64,000 bases of DNA. It comes from the human T2T-CHM13v2.0 reference genome, Homo sapiens. The position numbers were made by a program, and so were the translations under genes. The number at the start of each line of letters is the position of its first letter. Position 1 is the first letter of the stretch. The notes beneath the pieces were generated by a model. The model was not told where the DNA came from, searched no databases, and saw only the letters and a list, made by a program, of their open reading frames with translations. Where the stretch lies: the NCBI RefSeq assembly GCF_009914755.1, contig NC_060935.1; one strand, 5' to 3'. Shown piece after piece: positions 44,944 through 57,610 of this stretch.

Positions 44944-45472
44944 CAGAGTTACTGATATTTTAGGTCAGATAATTCCTTTTTTATTTATTTATTTTTTTGA
45001 GATGGAGTCTCACTCTTTCGCCCAGGCTGGAGTGCAGTGGTGCTATCTAGGCTCACTGAAAGCTCCGCCTCCTGGGTTCACGCCATTCTCCTGCCTCAGC
45101 CTCCTGAGTAGCTGGGACTTATAGGCACCTGAGATGGCGCCGGGCTAATTTTTTGTAATTTTTTTTTTTTTTTTTTTTTTTTTTAGTAGAGACAGGGTTT
45201 CACCATGCTAGCCAGGATGGTCTGGATCTCCTGACCTCGTGATCCGCCCACCTTGGCCTCCGAAAGTGCTGGGATTACAGGCGTGAGCCACCACACCAGG
45301 CCAGAAAATTCTTTTTTGATGGGGTCTTCTTATGCTTTGTGCATTAACAGCATCCCGGGCCTCCACCCACTCACTGCCGGTAGGTTCCCCCAGATGTGGC
45401 AACCAAAATATTTCCAGATACTGCCACATATCCCTGAGAGAGGGGGGAAATGCCTCTAGTTAAGAACCATTG
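44944..45472 (+). mobile_element. MER20 (hAT-Charlie) split by an Alu
   Basis: ACTGATATTTTAGGTCAGATAATTC...AGCATCCCGGGCCTCCACCCACT...GTTAAGAACCATTG; 8-bp TSD CACTAGAG/CACTAGAC. Confidence 0.85.
44977..45302 (-). mobile_element. AluY-like with expanded middle A-tract
   Basis: TTCACGCCATTCTCC and TAGCCAGGATGGTC; 26-T run at 45159-45184; TSD AGATAATTC/AGAAAATTC. Confidence 0.9.
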
Positions 45473-46483
45473 CACTAGACTCCATAGTGGAGCTCGTATT
45501 CAGTTCTGGGCAATGCATTTTACGAGGAAAATTCACAAACTGGTAAAGTCCAGAGGAATTGCATGGACCAGGGTGAGATGTATGAACACCATATCACTAG
45601 TATATTGGAGGAACTAAGACTGTTCAGACTGGAAGAGAACAGACTCTGGTGGTGGTGATAGAGATAGATGTTGGGGAAGGATATCCCAGCTTTACCTCCA
45701 TCCTTCCTTCTCTTTCTTCTTTCTCTCCCAACTTTTTTTCTCTATAACTCCTTTCTTTCTTCCCCTTTCTCTTTTCTCTGGCTTCATTTTCCTTTACACT
45801 TAGTTTTTTTTTTTTAAATATAATTTTAAAATTGTGATACCATATATATATGTACCATTCAGTGACATTAATTACATTCACAATGTTGTGCAATAATCAC
45901 CACTATTTCCAAAATTTTTTATCACCCCAATCAGAATTCACTCAGTTTTATCTTCCTACCCCATCACTGGGTATAGAGAGACTTCTCCTGGCTGCCTTAC
46001 TATAATCCCCCACCTTGGGTAAATTCCACCATCCATGCTCAGTAGGAATGGTGAGACTCAGCTGCTTACAGCCTTTCAAATTTCTATTAGCCAGCTTTAG
46101 CTGGACTCTTATTATCTTCCTTTGGTGCTTATATATCCCAAATGCTTTCTGACCCTATATACATACCAGAGCATCTGTTTCAAACCTTTCCATTTTTCTT
46201 ATTTGGCTCACTCTTTTACTGCCCATAACCTTGCCTTTATCTCAGTAAAAATTTAGGTTATGTGAAATGAGTTTCCTTAACTCTTTTTTCCTCTGGAATT
46301 CCACCGTCATCACCTCTCTTCTCATCCTTTAGGCTCAGCCTCTGAGAGCCATGTGATTGTCTTCCTTTCTAAACCGATTTTACCTAAGCCCATGGAATCT
46401 CCTGCCTCCAAAACCTGATTTGAGAGCCATGTTCTCCTTTTTTTGCAATTTTGGTATGTTCCTTCTATTTCCTCTTAACATGC

Positions 46484-46820
46484 TGTCTTAGTCAGCTTAG
46501 GCTGCCATAACAAATCATAGAACTTGATGGCTTAAACAACAGAAATTTAACAGTTTTAGAGGCTGAGAAGTCCAAGATTAGGGTTTCAGCATGGTCAGGT
46601 TCTGGTGAGAACCTTCCCCCTGGTTTGCAGATAGCCTCCTCCTTGCTCTATCTTCACATGGCAGAGAGAGAGGGGCCAAGCTCCCTGGTCTCTTCTTGTA
46701 AGGGCACTTATTCCATCACGACGGCTTTGTCTAACCTAATTACCTTCCAAAGGCCTTGTCTCCAAATACCATCATATTGAGGGCTTCAACATACGAATTT
46801 TGGGGTGATGGAATTCTGTC
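46484..46820 (-). mobile_element. MLT1A/A0 solo LTR within L2
   Basis: TGTCTTAGTCAGCTTAGGCTGCCATAACAAA...GGGCTTCAACATACGAATTTTGGGG. Confidence 0.82.
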
Positions 46821-47288
46821 CCTGCCTCCTAAAATTCAAAACATCCCTTCACCCTGATATCCCCTTATACTGTCACTAATCTCCCTCTTCTCCAGGTCAT
46901 ACTCTAAGCTGTGGCAGGCATTGTCCTCCCACGAGACCCATCATGGTGTCGCCTGATTCAGAATGTGTCCTGTGGCCTAATAAATCCAAACTCCTTAGCA
47001 TGACATTTGAGAACTTCCATGAATCTGGCTCCAAACCACTTTTCTCATCTTCCACTACATCACGCTCCTGATTCTAAGTTCTTCCTATCCTACTGACCCT
47101 TAGTGTATGCTAAGCTAAGGAGAGGCATTTTGAGTTAGAACCAACTGACAATAGAGAGAGGTTGTATCAGGGGTAGTGAGTGCCTGTCCCTGAAAATGTT
47201 CAAACCAAAGCCAGGAAAACAATCCCTCAGAGTTATTGTAGAGAGAATTCCCAAAGTAGTGGGAAGATGGTTAGAGGTCCTCTCAGGC

Positions 47289-47491
47289 CAGATTTCTTAG
47301 TGTTGGTACTTGACATTTGAGGCTAGATAATTCTTTGTTGTGGGGAGCTATCCTGTGCATTGTAGATGTTTAGCAGTATTCTTGACTGCTACTCACTAGA
47401 TTACAGTAGTGCCCCTAAGTGGTGGGAATGATAAATGTCTCAAGACATTGCCAGATGTCCCCTGGGGGCAAAACTCAGTTGAGGATGACTG
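47289..47491 (+). mobile_element. MER20
   Basis: TTGACATTTGAGGCTAGATAATTCTTTGTTGTGGGG...GACATTGCCAGATGTCCCCTGGGGGCAAAA. Confidence 0.85.
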
Positions 47492-50400
47492 TTTTAGAGT
47501 CTCTTCTATTAATAAGAATCTGTAACATTTTGTTCTTCTATTTTCTAGGTAATAAGTACTTAAAAAATTGGTGGAAGTACCTAAGGTTGGGAGAATGAAG
47601 GGAAAGATGAGAAGGAACTGATGTTCGTTGAGCCTACCATATACCACGAAAATCTGTGAGATAGAGAATTTTATCCCATCTTACAGATGAGGAACTTGAG
47701 GCTCAGAAAAATTATGCAGCTGTTAAGCAGTGTAGCTAAGTCCCAAATGTGGACCTGCCTGACAAACTCTGTCTTCCTCTACTTTCCTCTTGCTTTTATC
47801 TAAATGTATCTCCATTGCTTTTAACTCAACTCTTACATTAACCTGCCTCCCTTTATGAACTACACATTTAAAATTTGGGAGTATTTTGGTATTTGCTTCT
47901 TGTAATTAACTTTTCCATAGAGCCTTGGCTCAACACTCTCCTATAGGGCTGACCTGGAGTCTCAGACATTGAAAGGATCCATGGTCCACGTGGAAGAAGA
48001 AGATCACATTGAAATGCTGTACACTTCTACTTAATGCTGCTAATGGTTTGTTGTGAGACTCAGTGTCACCAGGATTCACAAACCCGTGAATACCAATGGA
48101 ACTACAGTATTGCTAATAACCATAAAACATCTATTCTTGCATCATTCTGTCCAAGCATAACCTCTCGTGTTTTGTGCGTCATCTCAGGAATCTAAGTCTT
48201 TCTGGGGTTCCTTCTAGGGCATCTCACCACTCAGTCCGACAGCTTCATCCACCACTGGGCAGGTTGTTCTCTCTTCTCAACTCTGGCCAGTTCAAGAAGC
48301 TGCTGGAGGAGGTTTGTCATTGCCAGGGCTGATAGAATCCTCTCTAAATCACCACCTCTGTCCAGGGTGCTGCGCCTGATTGGCCTCCAGAGATGCAGGT
48401 CTTTAGAGATACTGTTGGAGACAGAGGTGTCCTCCCCACTTTGACCAGAATCCAGCCCTCTGGGGGAGCAGAGTGTTCCTGGGTCCAGAAGGACTCTTAC
48501 TCCAATTACACCACACTTTGTTTCCTGGACTCTATCCCTGCTTTGCCCAGAATCCACAGAATCTCTTAAGGAACTATCCTGTCTCCTGTGTGTTCTTATA
48601 CCTCTAAACATAGTGGCTCCAACCCTGCCCAAAGGCCTGGGGAGGAGAGAGAGATACTTCATTCTCTCCCTACAGGCTACCATCATAATGAAAAAAGAGA
48701 AACACTCCCTTTCCTCTCCCCAGATGCCAAACAAAGGTCTCAGAACATATAGCGGCTATATGGTGTGGGTTGGGAGGTAGGTTGCTTACAGCTATAGCAC
48801 TGGGCCTCAACTTAGCTGGCCACCATGCCCTCTTAGGCAAATGAAAAGAGGAGATTGACACTAGATTGGAGAAATGCCAACATTTTTGCACCATCAGTGA
48901 AAGATTTCAGCTGGAGTGTATGTAGCCGTAATGTTGTTCTCAAGTGTGTTTAACTCATCCTTTTGGTTGACTTAACTAGTGTGGCTGGTCCAATTCTCTG
49001 CTACTCAGTCTGTGTCCAGGATGCCACTGATCAGCCAGCTTTAGAGTTGTGAAAGGAGAGCCCAAGAGACATTTGGGTACACACTGGTACTGGCACAAAT
49101 GCAGATTACTAATAGTTTTATGTTCCAGACCATGAGTCCCTAGACTTTTTCTGGGAAAAGTGAATCTAATGACTGTTGTAGTTTCTCTGTCCTCAAGGGC
49201 ATGGATGGAAGAAGGCACATGGAGTGTGTCCAGCCAGTGGAGGACAGAGAGGGAATGATTAATTAGGGCTTACGGTGATGGATGTCAGCTCCTAGATCTA
49301 TCAGGCAAGACCTTGAGATTTCCATCTGGGATTCTTTGAAATAAAAATAAGATTTCTTAGGATTTCAAGCAAGATTGGTATAGGCATACATTCAGCTAGT
49401 TTGGAAATCTTTTTATCTTTCTACTTTATTTTTACCACTAAATCTGAAGTATGGTGCCTAATCCCATTTGACTGTGTCTGTTAAAGATTTAAATGCCACT
49501 GCCAGATTCCCAGGTCTCACTTGGCCCCTTTGGAAAATCGGGTCTGATGGAAGGAAAACTCGGCCCAACATCTCTAAATGCGCAGCTTCTCAGAGTGCCA
49601 AAAGCCGCTATTGTGTGCTGTCCCGCGGGTATAAAAATTAGCTCTTTTTCATGAGTGTTCAAGCTGCTGCCTTATTTATCTGCCAAAGATTCAGACTCAT
49701 CTTGCTGTCCAAACTGCAGGCATGTCTGGCATGAGAGTGTGTTTGAGGTTGTGAGGTGGTGGAGGAGGAAGAATTTTATTTTGCATCTGCACATAACCAC
49801 TGTTGGGTTGCCTGTTGTCATGAAGTGTCAATGGTAAGGTGCAGTTTAACATAACATGACATTAGGTTAGACAATGTGACTAAACTCACCCCCTCAGGAA
49901 CTATAGCCTCAATACAGTAGCCATTCACTTGGGCTTAAGACTTGTTCTAGTGGATACAAGCAGTCACAGTTCAAGGCTACCTGGCGTCTTGGAGCACCTG
50001 CACTACCTGGGTGAAGAGAAAAAAAATGTGGAGTTGCAGTCTTCAGAAATAGTTACCAGTGTGCATCTGCACAGTAAACTTATGAAAATACAACATACGC
50101 TTCAAGCTTTTTGCATTCTGCTTTTCTTGAGAATACCAGGGTTCATTTTCTTGAGGAATGTCAGAAATATTTTGTAGTCTCAGCTTAATCTTAGATTTGT
50201 TTGTAAAGCTCCACAAACAAACCCACAACTTGGGAAGTTTGGCAAATGCTCAGTCCAGGAGATCTAAATCTTGACTCAGTTCTTCAAGTTTTAGCGAAGG
50301 AATGACTTTAAAATGTCTTCTTGCTTTTACATATTTTGAAACAAACTCTGGGAGAAAATGTATTTGGAAGGGATCTTGGAAGCTAGCTGGTTTTGCATGT

Positions 50401-52759
50401 GTGATAAAACAAGATGCTTATAGGTTTGCTTTAAAAAAATAAAACCTCGAAACTTGAAGTCTGATATCCCTGGGGCCATTTGATAAATGTTGATGGTTTT
50501 GCAGAGCCACACATTATTTCCTTTTCCTTTTCACATTTATTTCTTTGAAAGACATACGAGAGTCTGAACTTTGAAGGGACCTGGTAGCCTTTGCTAAGAA
50601 AAGGAAACTTCTCGGGAGAGAACCTTGTGAGTGCCTTAAATATCTTTCCAGGTGGGCACCATCACATGAGTGATTTTTCCGATGTAAAGTTGCCCACTTT
50701 GTGGATTAGTCTGTGGTCTGACCATGTCTCTTAGAGTCAATTGTTTGATGTGTTGTTTCAAGCCAGGTTCATATGGAGCAGAGTGCCCTTTGGTTTTTTA
50801 TTTGTTCCCTAATTGTTTAGAAATGTGCTCATTAAAAGACAAAGTAAACACGGTTCAGGTGTTGTGCTGAAGGCAGGGATTGTGGGGTATTGCGAGGGAG
50901 ACAGGAGAGATGAGAGAACACACGTGGTCTTTCTTTTAGATAAAAGCCTGTCCCAGAAACAAAGGCTGTTGGAATACAAAAGCTCTTTGTACACTGAGCA
51001 CGTCTGCGGTTACGGATGAACCCTCTCCAATGGCTGCTATCAAACTTGTCATATTTTATTCATGAGTTGTGGTGTGCCTGGATGAAATAAGAAAAGCAAA
51101 GCTTCAAATCATAATTAGGGCATAAAAAAGATAAAATAGTTATTATTTTGACATTTTTGAAGAATTTTTAAATCTCCCCGATAATTCATTTGAAAAAGTT
51201 GCATGGAACGACTGGGTGTGTGGCATGTATTTATGCTGGTTGGAGTCTCAGTCACACCCATACCCACAGTGACAGACTCCATGCGTATGGTGAATAAGAG
51301 CGTAATTAAGGAGAGGGCTACAGCCATCGTTACACATAAATAGAAACGTTGACAGGCTTCTTTGCATTTCTCATGCTCACATTATTATTCTGTGGTTGAT
51401 CAAAATATTGCTTTCCTGTTTTTTACATTTTTGTCTTTTTTTAGAGAACATGGGGTCTGGATCATTTGGTATGCCTGGTATGGGGGGACTTGAGGGAATA
51501 GTGGCAGGAAAAACTTAAAAGTATACCTGCACCTACAGATGTTGTGGGACAGCAGCACGGGGTTGAAGAAAGACACTCGTCCTGTTGGTTTACATCATGA
51601 ATTTTTAAAAGTAAGCCGAAACACTTTAAAAAAAGATACGCCAACCTTACTGGAAAGACAAAAAAGCCCAACTGTTGTTCCATGGCTTTCTCTGTGGATG
51701 CAGGGCTTAGTGACTCCTCATTTATTGACTAACTTACCCGGAGACACCTATCACCCACACCATCCATATGCTCATGGCCTCTCTCCTCCCTGGGGATTCG
51801 GCGTGAGGTATTTATTTACTCAGGGTTTATCTTTGTCCTGCTGGGGTCTATCCACCCATTCTCACTGCTGGGTTGTAAGCTATTTGAGAAGCGTGGTAAG
51901 AGCAAGCCCTCCCACTGTAGCCACCGCATGTACCCAGCCTGCATGGGGTTGTCCTACCCTGGCACTCAGGCATGGAGGAAAGTGAGAGCGACATTTTCAA
52001 AACTGGTCATGTGCATGATCACATGTGTTAATATTTGTTGTGTGGATTCTGGGATAGAATTATTCTCATTAGTCACCACTTTATGAAGGAGACACCAAGA
52101 TTCAGAGGGATTAAATGACCACCCAGATATTAGTGTTGGAGTATTAAATATCACCCAGATACTAAGTGGCAGGACTGATGGTGCATCCCAGATCTTCTGA
52201 TCCCCAATTCTACTTCAACACTGGACCACATTCTGTGACCTTTTTCATATCATGACACATAAGGAAAATGGCTGTATTTGTACATTACACGGAAGGAAAG
52301 AGAAGGGACTGTTTTTATGCCAAAAGTGCTCTGCTGAGCCACAGCGAGGGCTGAGGGACTCATACTACAGTGACACCTGTAACTCAGGCCCTGGCAGGCC
52401 AGCTGAGAAGCACCAGGGTGAGGCTGGCGAGCCTAGAGGGGCTGGGAAGAACCTGGAAGGGCAGGAATGGAGGGGGTTTGTGTGGGGCCTGGGTGAGTGT
52501 GTGTAGTATTAGCATAAGTTAGAGATGTGCTGGGGAGGGTCTTCAATCCCAGGTGCATAGGGGGCCAGCCAGGTAACAGCTGAGTGATGTGCACTGGCAA
52601 GGTAATGCAGCCCACTGGCAACATTGTGCCATGAGCTGCATTTCTTCAACTCTGCATTCACTGCACTGTTGCCTGTGGGAATATGGGCTCTGCGTTGCCA
52701 GGTCATCTAATTTTTTAATGGAGATTTGAATTTTTATATGAAATGTTTCAATTTTTATG

Positions 52760-53042
52760 CTGTATTTCACTGATTCCAAGGCACACACACTTATTCACAT
52801 AACAGCTATCCAGAACTTTTTTATTTTGCAAACTGAAATGCTATATCCATTAAATAATAACTATATTTTAGGGTAGGATTGGATTTTGCCTTATAGGCAA
52901 TTGGTATAATTATGTAATAAATTACATATGTGTTACAATTATGGTGTCTCTTATAATCAACAGCTTTTTGTTTATTTCTTAGGGTATGTCAAATGATGGT
53001 GTATTTTATAATCTATGGCACCGTGGACTTGGTGAAATATGG
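52760..53042 (+). mobile_element. MER104-like (TcMar-Tc2) MITE carrying a foreign ~130-bp insertion
   Basis: TIR-like ends CTGTATTTCACTGATTCCAAGG ... GGACTTGGTGAAATATGG; internal AATGATGGTGTATTTTATAATC. Confidence 0.7.
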
Positions 53043-53523
53043 TGGGTTGGGTGAGTAACACTGGGAGCTACACCAACATGCTGAGGCTGCATCTGGCCTG
53101 AGGCTGGTCAGTATGCTACTTTTGACCTGGAGCCAGGATAGTCACCAAGATACCAAGACCTGAGGCTGGGACACCAGTTCTCAGCTGTGACTGCCCATCA
53201 TGTTTATTTGAAACAAATAAATAAATATTGACACCTGGCCTACACCCCAGACCTTTTTTTTTTTTTTTTTTGAGTCTCTCAGGGTGCAGACTGAAAATCA
53301 CATTTAAAAAATGTTACCCAGGTGATTCTGATGCACAGTGAGTGCTGAGAACTGCTCAGCTGGAGGGAGTTGGGAGGAGGAAAAGGTGAGATGTTGAGTC
53401 TGTGTTCACAAAAGGCTGAGGGGAAGGAAACTACACGTGAGAGTCAGGTATTTGTTGATCTTGTTGACCAAAATCTCCAATCAAGGAATGAGAACTGGGG
53501 GCTGCTGTTTAAATTGGAATGAG

Positions 53524-53823
<300 letters not shown>

Positions 53824-54439
53824 TGAGGCAGATACAGGAGAAATTCTAATGCTACTGTATACTGTAGGCATTGTACTTGCATGGTAGGTTTAGGGACAAC
53901 GTACAGATAGCTTCAGAAAGGCTTAATTTTCTAGGTTCATACAGGTTCAGAAGGGATTACCAAGGATTACCAATGGATTACCAGTCATCCATCCATCCAT
54001 TTCTCCAATGTCCTTCAGTACCTGCTCTTTGTGCTATGTGTGGCACCAGACACCACAGCACAGTGGTGAGCTTCCATGCAGCCTCACACTAGGATAAGCC
54101 CAAAGAAGGAAAAGCTGTGGTATGGTAATTAACATAGACCAGGAGGCCTGCTTTAGCTGGGGGCTGGGGTCTAGGGAAATGACGTTTCAGCTGAAGCCTG
54201 AGTGATGAATGGCAGGTAACCAGGTATGGAGTGGGCGAAAGTGTGTTTCAGGCAAAATAATGGCCTGACCGGAGACCCTAAGGCAGGAAGGAGCTTGTGT
54301 ATTAGTTGGTGGAATCTAAAGAAGGGCCAAGAAGGAGGCCAAGAAGGAGGGAAGAGGTGAGGTGGGAGTTGGGCCTGGTGAGGTCTATAGGAGTACATTG
54401 TGTAGAGTTTTGTTGGTCATATTAAGGGGATTCAATTTT

Positions 54440-54616
54440 TATTAAATTTGCATTTTTAATTGCAGATAAAAAAACACACAACATAAAATTGACCACTGTT
54501 ACCATTTCCAAGTGTGCATTCCAGCAGTGTTAAGTATATTCATGGTGTATAACAGCTCTCCAGAACTTTTTTATTTTGCAAAACTGAAATGCTATATCCA
54601 TTAAATAATAACTCCA
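54440..54616 (-). mobile_element. L1MB 3'-end fragment inserted in L2 (53985-54700)
   Basis: CAACATAAAATTGACCA...CTCCAGAACTTTTTTATTTTGCAAAACTGAAA. Confidence 0.75.
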
Positions 54617-55364
54617 TATTTTAGGAGGATTGGATTTTGTCTTAGAGGCAATTGGGGTCATTGAAGGGTTTTGAACAAGGCAGTGGCATACGTAATCAGT
54701 TGTGACACAAGTATGTACCAGGAGCTGTAAGCACAGGTAAGCTGCACCTAAGCTATTCAAGGGAGTGAGGAAGGTGTAGGTAGACATCTCCATACTTCAG
54801 GATTGATGTCGAGAATGACCCTTCCCTGGGCCCCCTGTCAAAGCCCAAACACTGGGCTGGATGGCAGTAATAGTGCAGCACTTTATAGCAGTGAGAGGAG
54901 CAACTATTTTCATGTGAAGTCATGTCATTTCTACTCTAAACTGCAGGCAGGGTGAAAGCAGGGAGTGCAACCAGATAGTGCGTCAAAGAGGAAGGTCCTC
55001 ATCTGACTGGGCATGAGCTGCTTGTTTTATCGGAAAGGAAAGACACAAGGTGGTTGGCATTCAGGGCGTGGCAAGGTTTTCCCCACCAACTGGCTTTTAG
55101 CCACATATTTTATGTATAATTTTGCCACAGCATCCTTTTTTGGTATTTCATTTAAACAGAAGATCTCACCATGATTAAAGAACTATCTAAACCCTCTAGT
55201 GTGTAATGGGGACAGGGCAAGGTTGAGAGAGCAACTTCCTGGGGTCCTGCTTTGAATCTCTCTTTTGTCAACATGTACTTTGGCATCCCTTCTCTCTCAA
55301 TCTTTGACTGGATGGAGAAAAATCATTTCTTATTTTGAGCACTTACCTTTAAAGGAGGCTTTAA

Positions 55365-55688
<324 letters not shown>

Positions 55689-55752
55689 GCTGTTGACATA
55701 TTGATCAATCACGATAGTCTGTTATGCTGCTGTGTGCCAGCCACTGTCCTGG

Positions 55753-56271
55753 TGTGTCTGTTGTTGGTTCCTTCAGGTGGGTTCTTGGTCTTGCTGACTT
55801 CAAGAATGAAGCTGCGGACCTTCGCGGTGAGTGTAACAGCTCTTAAAGGTGACATGGACCCAAAGAGTGAGCAGCAGCAAGATTTATTGTGAAGAGCGAA
55901 AGAACAAAGCTTCCACAGCATGGAAGGGGAGCTGAGTGGGTTGCTGCTGCTGGCTGGGGTGGCCAGCTTTTATTTCCTTATTTGTCCCCACCCACGTCCT
56001 GCTGATTAGTTCATTTTACAGATTGCTCATTGGTTCATTTTACAGAGTGCTGATGGTTGTGTTTACAATCCTTTAGCTAGACACGGAGCACTGATTGGGA
56101 CGTTTTTACAGAGTGCTGATTGGTGCATTTACAATACTTTAGCTAGACATAGAGCGCTGATTGGTGCATTTTTACAGAGTGCTGATTGGTGCATTTACAA
56201 TCCTTTAGCTAGACAGAAAAGTTCTCCAAGTCCCCACTCGACCCAGGAAGTCTAGCTGGCTTCACCTCTCA
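55753..56271 (-). mobile_element. LTR12F (ERV9 family) solo LTR, 519 bp
   Basis: GTCTTGCTGACTTCAAGAATGAAGC, tandem ACAGAGTGCTGATTGGTGCATTT units, end CTGGCTTCACCTCTCA; exact 4-bp TSD CTGG (55749-55752 / 56272-56275). Confidence 0.92.
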
Positions 56272-56365
56272 CTGGGTCTTGATTATGTAAGAGTATGACA
56301 GACACCCTGTCCTTGAGGGGCTATTGGCCTAGGTACAGTGAAGAGGGAACCAGCAATATATCATA

Positions 56366-56398
56366 TTCATTCATTCATTCATTCATTCATTCATTCAT
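56366..56398. repeat. (ATTC)n, L2 3' tail
   Basis: Direct reading; followed by minus-strand L2. Confidence 0.9.
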
Positions 56399-57117
56399 GC
56401 ACTCAACAAATATTTATTGCACATCATGTGACAGGCACTGTTCTGAGTGTTAAGGATGCAGCAGAGAAAAGACAGTCCCTGTCTACATGAAGCCTATATT
56501 CTAGCAAAGATGGCCAATGGCCAATCACAGTAAACAAGTATACTAATAAATGAGTAACTTTAGATTGTAATATATACTATGAAGGAAATATAAGAGCTAT
56601 ACTGGAGAGAGAAAGAGAGAGAGAGAGACTTAGGGGGAGAGTTGACTTTACATTGGGGAAGGCTTCCCCGCAGAGGTGACGTTTGAGCTGAAGCCTAAAT
56701 GAAGGAGCCAGCCATGCAAAGATAATATTATTATTAATAATCACTCACATTATTAATGATGAACACTTCATATGCTAGGTACTATTCTAAATTCTTTATA
56801 TTCATGAGCTCATTTAATCCTTATAACAATTGTGCAAAGGAGATAGGTATTATGAGCCACAGAAAGGAAAATAGAGGTTAAATCACTTGGCCAAGGTTAT
56901 GTATAGGTCCAGTAAGCTGAGAGTTGAATCCAGGCTGTTGTGCTCCGAAGCCCTTGTTCTTGAAACAGCCAGCCAAAAGGCCCCTTGGATCAAACAAGTT
57001 TAAAGGGCACAAGGATGGCCCATGTGGGTGAAGCTACCAAAGGAGGCCAGAGAGCATAGCCAGGGCCTTTCAGGCCATGGCAAGGAGTTAGGGTTTTATT
57101 CAAATCATAATGGGCAG

Positions 57118-57610
57118 TGTGGAGAGCTGGATAATGCTGCCCTCGTTCCCAGTGATGGCCACATTCTAATCTCCATAACCTGTGACTATATTACTTCAAA
57201 TGGTAAAAGGGACTTTGCAGATGTGATTAAGTTAAGGGTCTTGAGGTGAGAAGATTATCCTGGATTCCAGGTGGGGCCTGTGTAATCACAAGGGTTCTCA
57301 TAAGAGAAAGACATGAGGATCGGATAGAAAAGTGATGTGAAGATGGAAGCAGAGAGAGATCATAAGATTCTATGCTGCTTGTGTTGGAGATGGAGGAAGA
57401 AGACACGACCCAAGGGAAGCTGAAAAAGGCAAGGAAACAGTCTCCCCTAGAGCTTCCAGAGGGAGTATGGCCGTGCCCCCATCTTGGTTTTTGTCCTGTG
57501 AAACCTGTTTCAGACATCTGACCTCCAGAACTGTAATATAATAAAATTGTGTTGCCTTAAGCCTCTAGGGTTGCAGTAATTTGTCACAACAGCCATAAGA
57601 AACTAATAAA
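57118..57610 (+). mobile_element. MLT1D solo LTR
   Basis: GGTAAAAGGGACTTTGCAGATGTGATTAAGTTAAGG...CTGACCTCCAGAACTGTAA...AAACTAATA. Confidence 0.88.

Noticed and set aside
45159-45184. 26-nt T run in the middle of an Alu suggesting a nested insertion
   Set aside because: Simple slippage expansion of the Alu middle A-rich linker; no TSD.
48231-48734. 167-aa minus-strand ORF in unique DNA
   Set aside because: Non-ATG start, no recognisable domain and no supporting exon structure.
49718-49737. AGGCATGTCT-GGCATGAGAG as a p53 response element
   Set aside because: Only one perfect half-site; the second is out of register and degenerate.
55990-56215. Tandem CTGATTGG/TAGCTAGAC units resembling a repeat-spacer array
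   Set aside because: Normal U3 enhancer repeats of LTR12; not a CRISPR-like array.
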